Origin: a virus | Taxonomy: Duplodnaviria > Caudoviricetes | Strand: one strand, 5' to 3' | IMG/VR virus record: IMGVR_UViG_3300027672_001796 | DNA length: 64,000 nt | In this document: positions 48,301-56,728 of the stretch, one piece after another | Layout of the letters: every line of letters begins with the position of its first letter | Position numbering within the stretch: the stretch's first letter is position 1 | The notes under the pieces: generated by a model | The model's input: only the letters and a program-made list of their open reading frames with translations | What the model was told of the DNA's origin: nothing | The model's database searches: none | Translations under genes and position numbers: made by a program

Positions 48301-50640
48301 AGTACTGTAGGCGCATTGACAACAACTAATGTTGCAGAAGGTTCAAATTTATACTTTACAGATGAAAGAGTAGATGACAGAGTTAGTTCTTTACTAGTTG
48401 GCGGAGCAAACGTAACTTTAACTTACAATGATGCCGCAGGCACATTAACAGTTGATGCAGATTTACTTGGCGATATTACAAGTGTAGTAGCTGGAGCAGG
48501 TATGACCGGCGGAGCAACTACAGGTGATGCAACACTAAACGTTATAGGCGGAAATGGTATTACTGTTTCAGCTGATGCAGTAATAACAGACGATACTTAC
48601 ATAAAAAACTTATTCAATGCATCTGGTTCTCAATTAAGTTACACTAACGGTATATTTACAAGTACCGCAGATAATTATAATGCTTGGAGTTTTACAACAG
48701 ATACAGCAGGCAACCAAGCAGTTAGTAGCGCCGGCGTAGTTAGTATACTAGGCGGAACAAACATGGATGTTACCCATAGTGGTAGCACAATTACAATTTC
48801 AACACTTGCAGATATAACAGGTATAATTGCTGGCTCAGGTATGACCGGAGGCGGAACAACTGGTTCTCCTACACTAAACGTTATAGGTGGAAAAGGCATT
48901 ACTGCTAGTGCAAATGAAATTGCATTAGACTTTACAGATTTTAATACAAGCAATATTACAGAAACTACAAACTTATATTACACAGATGCGAGAGCAGATG
49001 CAAGAATTACAGCATCAAGTACAAGTGCTTTAAGTGAAGGAACAAATTTATATTACACAAATGCTAGAGCAGATGCAAGAATTACAAATGCACTTATAGA
49101 TGAAGATACTATGGTAACTAATAGTGCTACTAAATTACCTTCACAGCAATCTGTTAAATCATACGTTGACACGAAAGTGGCGTCTATCATTGGCGGATCG
49201 TTAGATTTAAGTAGCAAAGATACAGATGATTTAAGCGAAGGTAGTTCAAATTTATATTATACAAATGCTAGAGCAGACGCTAGAGTAGACGCAGGTTTTA
49301 CTGCTAAGTCCACAACAAATTTAAGCGAAGGCACAAACTTATATTACACAGATGCGAGAGCAGATGCTAGAATTACAGCATCAAGTACAAGTGCTTTAAG
49401 TGAAGGCACTAACTTGTATTACACAAATGCAAGAGCAGATGCTAGAATTACAAATGCATTAGTTGACGAAGATAATATGGCATCAAATAGTGCTACTAAA
49501 CTTCCAAGTCAGCAAAGTGTTAAAGCATACGTTGATTCACAGGTAGCAAGTAAAGATAATACAGACGAAATAACAGAAGGTTCGACTAATTTATACTTTA
49601 CAAATGCAAGAGCAGACGCTAGAATAACAGCGGCTAGTACAAGTGATTTATCAGAAGGCACGAACCTTTACTTTACAAATGCTAGAGCAGACACAAGAGC
49701 AAATAGTGCTTTTGATACTAAATTTGCGGCACAAACCACAACTGGTTTATCAGAAGGAACAAATTTATATTACACGAATGCAAGAGCAGATGCAAGAATT
49801 ACTAACGCATTAGTTGACGAAGATAATATGGCATCAAATAGTGCTACTAAACTTCCAAGTCAGCAATCAGTAAAAGCATACGTTGATTCACAAGTAGCAA
49901 GTAAAGATAATACAGACGAAATAACAGAAGGTTCAACTAACTTATACTTTACAAATGCTAGAGCTGATGCAAGAATTACAGCGGCTAGTACAAGTGATTT
50001 ATCAGAAGGAACAAATTTATATTACACGAATGCAAGAGCAGATGCAAGAATTACCAAAGCGGCAATTGATGCTCTTAATGTAGATGCAGATACATTAGAT
50101 AGTATTAGTAGTGCAAGTTTCTTAAGAAGCGATGCGGCAGATACGCATAGTGCCGACATTACCCCTAGCACAAACAATACAATTAACTTAGGTTCTGCTT
50201 CTAATAAGTATGCAAATGTTTATGCAACGACATTTAATGGTGTTGCAACCACAGCCCAGTATGCGGATTTGGCAGAAAACTATCTAGCAGATGCAGACTA
50301 TCCACCAGGCACAGTATTAGTACTAGGCGGAGAACAAGAAGTAACAGTGACAACTGAATTCAATAATTCTAAAGTAGCAGGTGTTGTAAGTACAGACCCA
50401 GCACACTTAATGAATTCCGCACTTTCCGGGCAATTTGTTAAAGCAGTTGCACTTAGAGGACGAGTTCCTATAAGAGTAGTTGGTATAGTTAGCAAAGGTG
50501 ATGTGCTAATAACTAGTTCTACCCCAGGCGTGGCAATGGTCAGTTCCGATCCACACTTTGTAGGTGCGGCATGCATTATTGGTAAAGCAATATCCAATAA
50601 AGAACATGCTGGCGAAGGCATTGTAGAAGTACTAGTTTAA
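45376..50640 (+). CDS. Long fibre-like virion protein with C-terminal chaperone-like (peptidase S74-related) region
   Basis: T/G/A-rich beta repeats and many SEGTNLYYTNARADARI repeats. C-terminal YADLAENY...GTVLVLGG...AGVVSTDPAHLMN...VALRGRVP. Confidence 0.75.
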   Translation: MTKQSNFNPESDLKVKGSLSVDTHLAVTGNTVITGTLQVTGDTTYLSDTVTLNNANGYVINADADSGTAFLDMRTNVADANVRLEYAGATNTLLVKNDDGTVTTLGVTGDVTASATITGATFTDGTATITGGVGTGFTSFTSTEFVGHLTGPVTGTATIADKFTNDRTLALTGDVAGSIALGLNATSSAPSMSVTIQANSVALGTDTTGNYVATITGGTGLTSTVVTGESVTPTINLDNTAVTPATYGTAGSTGTFTVDQQGRITSGVTTPIVITASQVSDFTTAAELLLSISDAGGDGSLAYNNTTGVFTYTGPSASEVRAHLTAGTGLTVTNGEFVLDNTAVTGASYGSATAIPTFTVDAQGRLTAAADLNIAVPSSQITDFAESVDDQVNTLLVAGTNLTKVYDDAANTLTLDTGSTVILTTGNQSLAGTKTFTGSVDLTGATTTVATPSADAHVSTKKYVDDEIATIVGTAGATLDTLGEIATALGNDAALNTTLVNSIATKLPLAGGTMSGAIAMSTNKITGLGTPSATTDATTKAYVDTANTQMEAYVLLKQSIERGHTNTTTALKVNRAIRVDSPSMNWKNLSDASYTANNNINLETEVDGLDGGTPGVSFTPVLSGTEHGLITIGKQGGITQQIQGNKVISGSLRIAPGIDVNNAANVDNQGSGVLTINGNVVNSSTTLVTAGSFVVGNKYTIAVVGTTNYTLVGAANNTVGTVFIATGVGAGTGRATHHNNQWLTNVNHSFFKHTIAVGESALSILGGNIYYSTKSSEITPYLVSDTSGAGSISTASGIDTTKKLGVDQAHFQTFGNSTMYIGDIGNVATYTTVQYGGSSYTTGNRPLERLTIDGGIVLGARQADDSILVNGTVFFDNDRLKTVEGGIIKNVTTATVDTVNYTTGTGRIAINDYQGGENYLAALAQGTDISITKVSNVAANVITISSNTSSIVNTAKSSLSATGANISYDGAGAFTSTVGALTTTNVAEGSNLYFTDERVDDRVSSLLVGGANVTLTYNDAAGTLTVDADLLGDITSVVAGAGMTGGATTGDATLNVIGGNGITVSADAVITDDTYIKNLFNASGSQLSYTNGIFTSTADNYNAWSFTTDTAGNQAVSSAGVVSILGGTNMDVTHSGSTITISTLADITGIIAGSGMTGGGTTGSPTLNVIGGKGITASANEIALDFTDFNTSNITETTNLYYTDARADARITASSTSALSEGTNLYYTNARADARITNALIDEDTMVTNSATKLPSQQSVKSYVDTKVASIIGGSLDLSSKDTDDLSEGSSNLYYTNARADARVDAGFTAKSTTNLSEGTNLYYTDARADARITASSTSALSEGTNLYYTNARADARITNALVDEDNMASNSATKLPSQQSVKAYVDSQVASKDNTDEITEGSTNLYFTNARADARITAASTSDLSEGTNLYFTNARADTRANSAFDTKFAAQTTTGLSEGTNLYYTNARADARITNALVDEDNMASNSATKLPSQQSVKAYVDSQVASKDNTDEITEGSTNLYFTNARADARITAASTSDLSEGTNLYYTNARADARITKAAIDALNVDADTLDSISSASFLRSDAADTHSADITPSTNNTINLGSASNKYANVYATTFNGVATTAQYADLAENYLADADYPPGTVLVLGGEQEVTVTTEFNNSKVAGVVSTDPAHLMNSALSGQFVKAVALRGRVPIRVVGIVSKGDVLITSSTPGVAMVSSDPHFVGAACIIGKAISNKEHAGEGIVEVLV
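48955..50060 (+). repeat. Intragenic tandem coding repeats (EGTNLY[YF]TNARADARI units, plus a 351-nt block duplication)
   Basis: GTTGACGAAGATAAT occurs at 49462 and 49813. The encoded blocks are nearly identical while third positions differ. Confidence 0.85.
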
Positions 50641-50673
50641 TAACTCGTAAACCAGTCCAAACTCCAACAAAAC

Positions 50674-50681
50674 GATAAATA
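50674..50681 (+). promoter_or_regulatory. Late promoter GATAAATA
   Basis: Upstream of the second fibre gene. Confidence 0.7.
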
Positions 50682-50758
50682 TGTGCAATAGGGAAAACCT
50701 TATTGACTGACTACGCGAGTCAGACTATATAACATATAGACAACATAGGAATAATAAA

Positions 50759-53700
50759 ATGGCCACAGCAATTCAATGGAGACGAGGCACCACTACCCAA
50801 CACAGTAGCTTTACTGGTTTGGCAGGTGAGATCACAGTCGATACAGATTTAAACACCGTTATAGTCCACGACGGAAGTACAGCAGGCGGACACAGAATAG
50901 CAAAATATACAGAAGTAACATCAGCGGCGGCAGGCGACATTAGTTCGGTTGTAGCTGGAGCAGGTTTAACTGGTGGAGCAACTACTGGTGATGCAACAAT
51001 TAATGTTATTGCTGGAGGCGGTATTACTGTTTCAGCTGATGCAGTATCACTTAATGCTTCTTCAGGAACATTTACAACAGGTGTGCAAACATTCTTAGCA
51101 GGTGGAACACTTGCAGGACACATTATACCATCAGCAGACGTTACTTACGATTTAGGTTCAAGCAGTAAGCAATGGCGTGATGTATATGTTGGTCCAGGAT
51201 CACTTTACATTAACGGACAACAAGTACTTCAAGACAATTCAGGTACAATCCAAATTAGTGCTGATGCAAACCAAAACGTTGGAATAGTAACATCAGGATC
51301 AGGTGACGTAGAACTTAACGCATCTGGAACAGGTGTAATTAATATCCAATCAGCAATTACAGTTGATGCAGGACAAACACTTACTGGTACTGGCGGCTTA
51401 ACAATGGCTTCCAACATTAACTTAAACAGTAATTCAGTTAACAACTTACCAGCTCCTGGACATGCAGGTGACGCCACTAACAAAACATACGTTGATGGTG
51501 CAACTTACTTAACAGGTGGAACTGGTATTACAAATAGTTCAGGAACCTTTGCAATTGATGCCACAGTAATTACAACTACTGGCACTCAAACAATCTCAGG
51601 CAACAAGACGTTCTCAGGAACAACTACCGTAAGCGGTACTTTGAACTCCTCAGGCGCTCAATTAAATATTGCTGATAACCTTATAACATTAAATTCAGAC
51701 GCAACTGGCACTCCAAGTGAAGATGTTGGTCTTATTGTTGAAAGGGGCGATTCAACTAACGTTCAGTTCAAATGGATTGAAGCGGCAGATGAGTGGTCAT
51801 TCACAAATGACGGTTCAGCTTACCAAGGTCTTGTTGGACATGCAGACTTTAGTGCTGTTACTAGCGGAGACGGAAGTCTTTCATATAACAGTTCAACAGG
51901 TGCGTATACATATACTGGCCCAACTGCGGCAAACGTTAGAGCACATTTAAGTGCTGGAACAGGCATGTCATTTAGTGGTGGAGCATTCGCTACAACAATT
52001 ACACAGTATACTGATGCACTAGCTAAAGCATCTATTACTGTTAATGATGCAGGCGGAGACGGAAGTTTAGCAATTAGCAACGGTGTAATTACTTATACTG
52101 GACCTAGTGCGGCTGAAGCCGAAGCACAAATTAATGCACATTTAAGTGGTGGAACAGGTATTACTTATACAGACGGTGCTATTAGTGTAGATGCTACAGT
52201 AGTATCAACAAGTGGTACTCAAACTGTTGCAGGTGCTAAGACATTCAGTGATAACATGATTATCAGTGGTAACTTAACAGTTAACGGTACACAGACTATT
52301 GTTAATACTGAAACATTAACTATTGATGATAACATGATTGTTCTTAACAATAATGAAGCTGGCACTCCAAGTGAAGATTCAGGTATTGAAATAGAACGTG
52401 GAACATCAACTAACGTTAAACTACAGTGGAAAGAAGCTAGTGACAGATGGGAAATGTTTGATGGTTCAAGCACTTATCCACTTGCTAGAACTACAGCAGA
52501 TTTAACAGAATCAGGTAACTTATACTACACAGATGCTAGAGCAAATGCTCGAGTGGCGGCGGCAACCGGTGCTAACTTAGATTTAAGTAGCAAAGATACT
52601 GGTGACTTATCAGAATCAGGTAACTTATACTATACAGATGCTAGAGCAGATGCCAGAATAGCGGCGGCTGACACTGGTGATTTATCAGAAGGTAGCAACG
52701 AATACTTTACTACTGCTAGAGCAAGAGCAAGTATTAGTGAAGGATCAACTGAATTAGCATATAACAGTACAACTGGTGTGTTAACATTTACACAGGGTAG
52801 TACTTCAGGTGTATCAGAAGGTTCCAACCTTTACTACACAGATGCTAGAGCAGATGCAAGAATTGCCAACGCAAGTACAAGTAATTTAAGTGAAGGCACA
52901 AACCTTTACCACACAACTGAAAGAGTACAAGATATTGCAGGCGCAATGTTTACTGCAAATACAGAAAGTGGAATTACAGTAACATATGATGATGCTGACG
53001 GTACAATTGACTTAACAACAAGTATTGCAGGATTTAGTACAAGTAATTTAAGCGAAGGTTCAAACCTTTACCACACAACTGCAAGAGCTAGAGCAAGTAT
53101 TAACGGTGGAACAGGTATTACTTATAATGCTTCTACTGGTGCTATTAGTTTAACAGACACTGGTTATGTAACAGGTGTTACAGCAGGAACTGGTTTAAGT
53201 GGAGGCGGTACTTCAGGCACTGTTACACTAAACGTTTCAGGCATCACAGTTGCAGAACTAGACGGCGGAGCAGTTCAGATAAGTTCAGAATCATTTGCTG
53301 ATAATAATACTACGTTGATGACATCAGCGGCAATTCAAGATAAAATTGAAGCATATGGATATTCAACAACAACAGGTGACATTACAGGTGTTACAGCAGG
53401 TGCAGGTTTAACTGGTGGCGCAACAAGCGGATCAGCTGACTTGGCTATTGGCGCAGGTACTGGTATTACTGTAAATGCAAATGATATTGCAGTTACATTA
53501 ACACCATTTAGTACAAGTAATTTAAGTGAAGGCACAAACCTTTACTATACAAGTGCTAGAGCAGATGCTAGAGTTAGTGCAGTAGTAACCAATGCGTTTG
53601 TTGATGCATTGAATGTTGATGCTGATACACTAGATGACTTAACTAGTTCTCAGTTCTTAAGAAGCGATGCTAATGATTCACACAGTGGAACAATTACTCC

Positions 53701-54160
53701 TTCTTCAAACAATGCATTAAACTTAGGATCAAGTGGACTTAAATATGCAAATGTTTACGCAACTACATTCCAAGGTAATGCAACTTCGGCGCAGTATGCG
53801 GATTTGGCTGAGAAATACGAAAGTGATGCAGAACTAGAAGCAGGCACAGTTGTTATGTTTGGTGGTGATAAAGAAGTTACAGCATGTGATAGTGAAAACT
53901 GTCATGCAGTAGCAGGTGTTATCAGTACTGATCCAGCTTATATGATGAACGCAGGAGCAGAAGGTCAATTTGTAGCATTAACAGGAAGAGTACCTACTAA
54001 GGTTACTGGTCCAGTTGCTAAAGGTGACTTAATGGTTTCCGCAGGTAACGGTATGGCTAAGGCTAATAACGATGCACAGGCAGGAAGAATGATTGGTAAA
54101 GCAGTTGGTTCTTCAGAAGGCGGAGAAGCTGTTATAGAAGTACTTGTTAACTTGATGTAA
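50759..54160 (+). CDS. Fibre-like virion protein with Mtd/hyaluronidase-type N-terminal anchor and the same C-terminal chaperone-like region
   Basis: N-terminal IQWRRGTTTQHSSFTGLAGEITVDTD...HDGSTAGG. Shares repeats and the YADLAEKY...ALTGRVP C-terminus with the upstream paralog. Confidence 0.75.
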   Translation: MATAIQWRRGTTTQHSSFTGLAGEITVDTDLNTVIVHDGSTAGGHRIAKYTEVTSAAAGDISSVVAGAGLTGGATTGDATINVIAGGGITVSADAVSLNASSGTFTTGVQTFLAGGTLAGHIIPSADVTYDLGSSSKQWRDVYVGPGSLYINGQQVLQDNSGTIQISADANQNVGIVTSGSGDVELNASGTGVINIQSAITVDAGQTLTGTGGLTMASNINLNSNSVNNLPAPGHAGDATNKTYVDGATYLTGGTGITNSSGTFAIDATVITTTGTQTISGNKTFSGTTTVSGTLNSSGAQLNIADNLITLNSDATGTPSEDVGLIVERGDSTNVQFKWIEAADEWSFTNDGSAYQGLVGHADFSAVTSGDGSLSYNSSTGAYTYTGPTAANVRAHLSAGTGMSFSGGAFATTITQYTDALAKASITVNDAGGDGSLAISNGVITYTGPSAAEAEAQINAHLSGGTGITYTDGAISVDATVVSTSGTQTVAGAKTFSDNMIISGNLTVNGTQTIVNTETLTIDDNMIVLNNNEAGTPSEDSGIEIERGTSTNVKLQWKEASDRWEMFDGSSTYPLARTTADLTESGNLYYTDARANARVAAATGANLDLSSKDTGDLSESGNLYYTDARADARIAAADTGDLSEGSNEYFTTARARASISEGSTELAYNSTTGVLTFTQGSTSGVSEGSNLYYTDARADARIANASTSNLSEGTNLYHTTERVQDIAGAMFTANTESGITVTYDDADGTIDLTTSIAGFSTSNLSEGSNLYHTTARARASINGGTGITYNASTGAISLTDTGYVTGVTAGTGLSGGGTSGTVTLNVSGITVAELDGGAVQISSESFADNNTTLMTSAAIQDKIEAYGYSTTTGDITGVTAGAGLTGGATSGSADLAIGAGTGITVNANDIAVTLTPFSTSNLSEGTNLYYTSARADARVSAVVTNAFVDALNVDADTLDDLTSSQFLRSDANDSHSGTITPSSNNALNLGSSGLKYANVYATTFQGNATSAQYADLAEKYESDAELEAGTVVMFGGDKEVTACDSENCHAVAGVISTDPAYMMNAGAEGQFVALTGRVPTKVTGPVAKGDLMVSAGNGMAKANNDAQAGRMIGKAVGSSEGGEAVIEVLVNLM

Positions 54161-54175
54161 GAGTTTACAAACAAT

Positions 54176-54206
54176 AAAAAAGGGAGTTTTTTAACTCCCT
54201 TTTTTT
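54176..54206. terminator. Bidirectional Rho-independent terminator
   Basis: AAAAAAGGGAGTT-TTTT-AACTCCCTTTTTT between convergent genes. Confidence 0.9.
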
Positions 54207-54210
54207 GTGA

Positions 54211-54345
54211 TTAAAGCTTCTGACTTTGATTCATGACATGCCAGATATTTCCTGACTTCATGTATTTGTCAAATTCTTTAGAAAGATTGGTAACCGATGT
54301 TCCGAACTTGGATAACATGGCTACTATTCCTGTTGGATTCGCCAT
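54211..54345 (-). CDS. 44-aa small protein
   Basis: MANPTGIVAMLSKFGTSVTNLSKEFDKYMKSGNIWHVMNQSQKL, with a strong SD (TAGGAG), its own late-promoter motif and a downstream terminator. Not in the ORF track. Confidence 0.7.
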   Translation of the reverse strand: MANPTGIVAMLSKFGTSVTNLSKEFDKYMKSGNIWHVMNQSQKL

Positions 54346-54412
54346 ACTTTTCTCCTAAAATGTGATAACAAACTTTAACTTACTTGTCGTAACTTCATCC
54401 TATAGTAGGAAC

Positions 54413-54452
54413 TGTTACAATCAATCTACAAGTATGTTACAATTGTGTTACA
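54413..54452. promoter_or_regulatory. Four phased 11-bp-period direct repeats of TGTTACA
   Basis: TGTTACA at 54413, ATCTACA at 54424, TGTTACA at 54435 and 54446. A further TGTTACA is at 54511. Confidence 0.6.
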
Positions 54453-54457
54453 GAATG

Positions 54458-54465
54458 TATTTATA
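54458..54465 (-). promoter_or_regulatory. Late promoter TATAAATA for the 44-aa gene
   Basis: TATTTATA on the + strand. Confidence 0.6.
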
Positions 54466-54535
54466 CAAACGAGTATTTTTACCAGGAAATATGTGATATT
54501 GCATAACAGTTGTTACATAGAAACTAAACCCAAAC

Positions 54536-54543
54536 GATAAATA
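54536..54543 (+). promoter_or_regulatory. Late promoter GATAAATA for the curli-like operon
   Basis: Same motif as before the structural genes, about 60 nt upstream of 54606. Confidence 0.65.
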
Positions 54544-54605
54544 GTAACGAGTAGACAGTAACACACACACTTAAAGTAGCAACCCTTAAAAGGTGTGTAT
54601 ATAAT

Positions 54606-54902
54606 ATGGAAGAAATATTTGGATTGATCGCTGAAGTAGGAGCCCCCATCGCCGGAAGTCTAGTAATGGGATTCTTTATCTTTATGGTAATAAAACAAAT
54701 TCTCGAGGGTGTTGTAGACCAGGTCAAAACTTTGACTATGTTTTGCACATCACTAGAAGCGAGAGCAAGTACTATGAGTAACGAAATGTTAAAAATAGAC
54801 TTGCTAGTTAGCAGTGCCTTAGACCTCAGACCTGACATAGATCGAGTTTCGAGAGCAGATAATTTTGTCGAAGATGGCAAAGTGGATGCTAGGAGAGACT
54901 AA
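54606..54902 (+). CDS. Small single-TM plus coiled-coil membrane protein
   Basis: VGAPIAGSLVMGFFIFMVI TM segment. First gene of the csg-like operon. Confidence 0.7.
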   Translation: MEEIFGLIAEVGAPIAGSLVMGFFIFMVIKQILEGVVDQVKTLTMFCTSLEARASTMSNEMLKIDLLVSSALDLRPDIDRVSRADNFVEDGKVDARRD

Positions 54903-55201
54903 TGGATATTGCACAGGCGATTAATGACTTTGGATTTCCAATCGTGTTATGCGTTGGACTCGGTTACTTTATATATTATATATGGTGGTTTATTGGAGAA
55001 AAGATAGATCCCGCTCTTGGCGACATGCATATAGCACTAATCAGAGTAATAGATAAAATGCGTAGATTAGACCAAGATTTAATTAGGCTACAACAGAAAG
55101 TTGATGTTGTGTTAGAATACAGAGCTAGACAACAAGTGCTAGACAATGCAGAACAAGAAACTGCATTAAAAACATTAAAACAAAAGCAAACAGGAAAGTA
55201 A
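54902..55201 (+). CDS. Small single-TM plus coiled-coil membrane protein (YvrJ/BhlA-like motif)
   Basis: FGFPIVLCVGLGYFIYYIWWFI followed by a coiled coil. TAATG overlap with the previous gene. Confidence 0.65.
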   Translation: MDIAQAINDFGFPIVLCVGLGYFIYYIWWFIGEKIDPALGDMHIALIRVIDKMRRLDQDLIRLQQKVDVVLEYRARQQVLDNAEQETALKTLKQKQTGK

Positions 55202-55202
55202 A

Positions 55203-55718
55203 ATGAAAATTACAGGTACACACTTAGGTATGTTGGTTATGGTCGGATATTTTATAATGTCTTTGGCTAATAGTGACCTTTATGCCGATGAACTAAAGTT
55301 TAAGTTCAAGTCTCCGTCATTTTCTGGTAACGGGACAGGAGCACATTATTTAACAATTGAGAACCAGGAGAAGTCACGAAAAGATAAGATTAAAGAAGAC
55401 ATAGAATCTGCGTTAAAACGAGCAGAACGTGACAATGATAATTCGACAATTAATAAATTTATTAGAAATTTGGAGAGTAGAATTTATTCACAAATTTCTA
55501 AAGGATTAGTCGACAGCATGTTTTGTGATCCAGCAGTAGTTATTGCATGTACAAATTCAGATTCAGGTAGTTTTGAAATTGAAGGAAATACTGTTACATA
55601 CATTAAAACAGTTAATGAAGATGGGCTATCTATTATTAGAATGACTATTGTTGACCCTGACGGAACAATAACAACTATTGAGATTCCAATTGGAATCGGC
55701 AACATTGGCGGCGGTTAA
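55203..55718 (+). CDS. csgF: Curli assembly component CsgF-like
   Basis: Signal peptide, then ELKFKFKSPSFSGNGTGAHYLTIENQE (compare CsgF TFQFRNPNFGG), SQISKGLVDSMF, GSFEIEGNTV, TTIEIP. Directly upstream of csgG. Confidence 0.8.
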   Translation: MKITGTHLGMLVMVGYFIMSLANSDLYADELKFKFKSPSFSGNGTGAHYLTIENQEKSRKDKIKEDIESALKRAERDNDNSTINKFIRNLESRIYSQISKGLVDSMFCDPAVVIACTNSDSGSFEIEGNTVTYIKTVNEDGLSIIRMTIVDPDGTITTIEIPIGIGNIGGG

Positions 55719-56728
55719 TGAAACTGTCTAATTACATACTGTTCTTTGTCGGCGCAATGTACTTAACTGGGTGTGCTAGTATATCTATACCCGGTGATAC
55801 AGCATGTAATACGGACTTTCTCGAATGCGTAGAAGAGCCGAAGCAAGTAGAATTACCCACATATCGAAAATTACGATATTTACCACCTAGCGAAACAATG
55901 CCAGTGGTAGCTGTTTATCAGTTTACTGACCAAACAGGACAAAGAAAAAGTCAAGATGGTGTCGCTAGTTTTAGTACAGCGGTCACACAGGATCCGAAGA
56001 GCATATTGATTGACGCCTTGAAGGCGGCAGGTGCTCACGAAAACCCAAAAGGAACATGGTTCCGGGTAGTTGAACGGGGTCTTGGCTTAGATAACTTAGT
56101 GAGGGAAAGGCAGATAGTTCGTAGTACACGCGAACAATATCAGACTGAAGAAAAACCTCAACAAGCAGTACAGCCATTGTTATTTGCTGGTATGATACTC
56201 GAAGGAGGTGTTGTAGGTTATGACACTAATGTAGAGACTGGCGGTAATGGTGCAAGGTACTTAGGTATTGGTACTACAAACCAATATAGAAGAGATAGTG
56301 TTACTATATCACTTAGAGCAGTAAGTACGCTCACCGGTGAAGTAATACTGAATGTACAGACATACAAAACTATCCTTAGTACAGGAATGGCAGGAGACGT
56401 ATTCAAATTTTTAGACATGGATACACGATTGCTTGAATTGGAAAGTGGCATGACACAGAACGAGAGCGTAACTTATGCAGTCCGGTCGGCGATTGAAGCC
56501 GCAGTATTGGCATTGATACAACAAGGTGATGAAAGAGGATATTGGAAAATTGTGTATCCGGAGAATTGGCAAGAAGAAGTAGATCAGCAAGAACGAGCTT
56601 ACTGGATGAAAGTCAATAATCAAGAAATTTTGGATACAAATGTAGACGAGAAGCCTACGTCATCACAGAATACTTTTTGGAAAAAAATATTACTAAAAAG
56701 TGAACCCATTAATGGAGAAGAAAAATGA
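55718..56728 (+). CDS. csgG: Curli secretion channel lipoprotein CsgG
   Basis: Lipobox LTGC, VAVYQFTDQTGQRK, STAVTQ, WFRVVER-GLDNLVRERQIVRSTR, EGGVVGYDTNVETGGNGARYLGIG, VTISLRAVSTLTGEV. Confidence 0.92.
   Translation: MKLSNYILFFVGAMYLTGCASISIPGDTACNTDFLECVEEPKQVELPTYRKLRYLPPSETMPVVAVYQFTDQTGQRKSQDGVASFSTAVTQDPKSILIDALKAAGAHENPKGTWFRVVERGLGLDNLVRERQIVRSTREQYQTEEKPQQAVQPLLFAGMILEGGVVGYDTNVETGGNGARYLGIGTTNQYRRDSVTISLRAVSTLTGEVILNVQTYKTILSTGMAGDVFKFLDMDTRLLELESGMTQNESVTYAVRSAIEAAVLALIQQGDERGYWKIVYPENWQEEVDQQERAYWMKVNNQEILDTNVDEKPTSSQNTFWKKILLKSEPINGEEK

Noticed and set aside
48955-50060. Regularly spaced repeats that could suggest a CRISPR array
   Set aside because: The repeats are in-frame protein repeats varying at synonymous positions. 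There are no unique spacers, no palindromic repeat and no cas genes.
50684-50725. Leader hairpins (ATAGGG-AAAA-CCTTAT; CTGACT-ACGCG-AGTCAG) faintly resembling a c-di-GMP-I riboswitch start
   Set aside because: The GNRA/receptor and P2 elements of the riboswitch are missing. These are probably just stabilising leader hairpins.
50759-54160. Possible diversity-generating retroelement target (Mtd-type N-terminus, duplicated blocks)
   Set aside because: No reverse transcriptase or TR/VR pair is in the window, and the differences between duplicated blocks are not adenine-specific.
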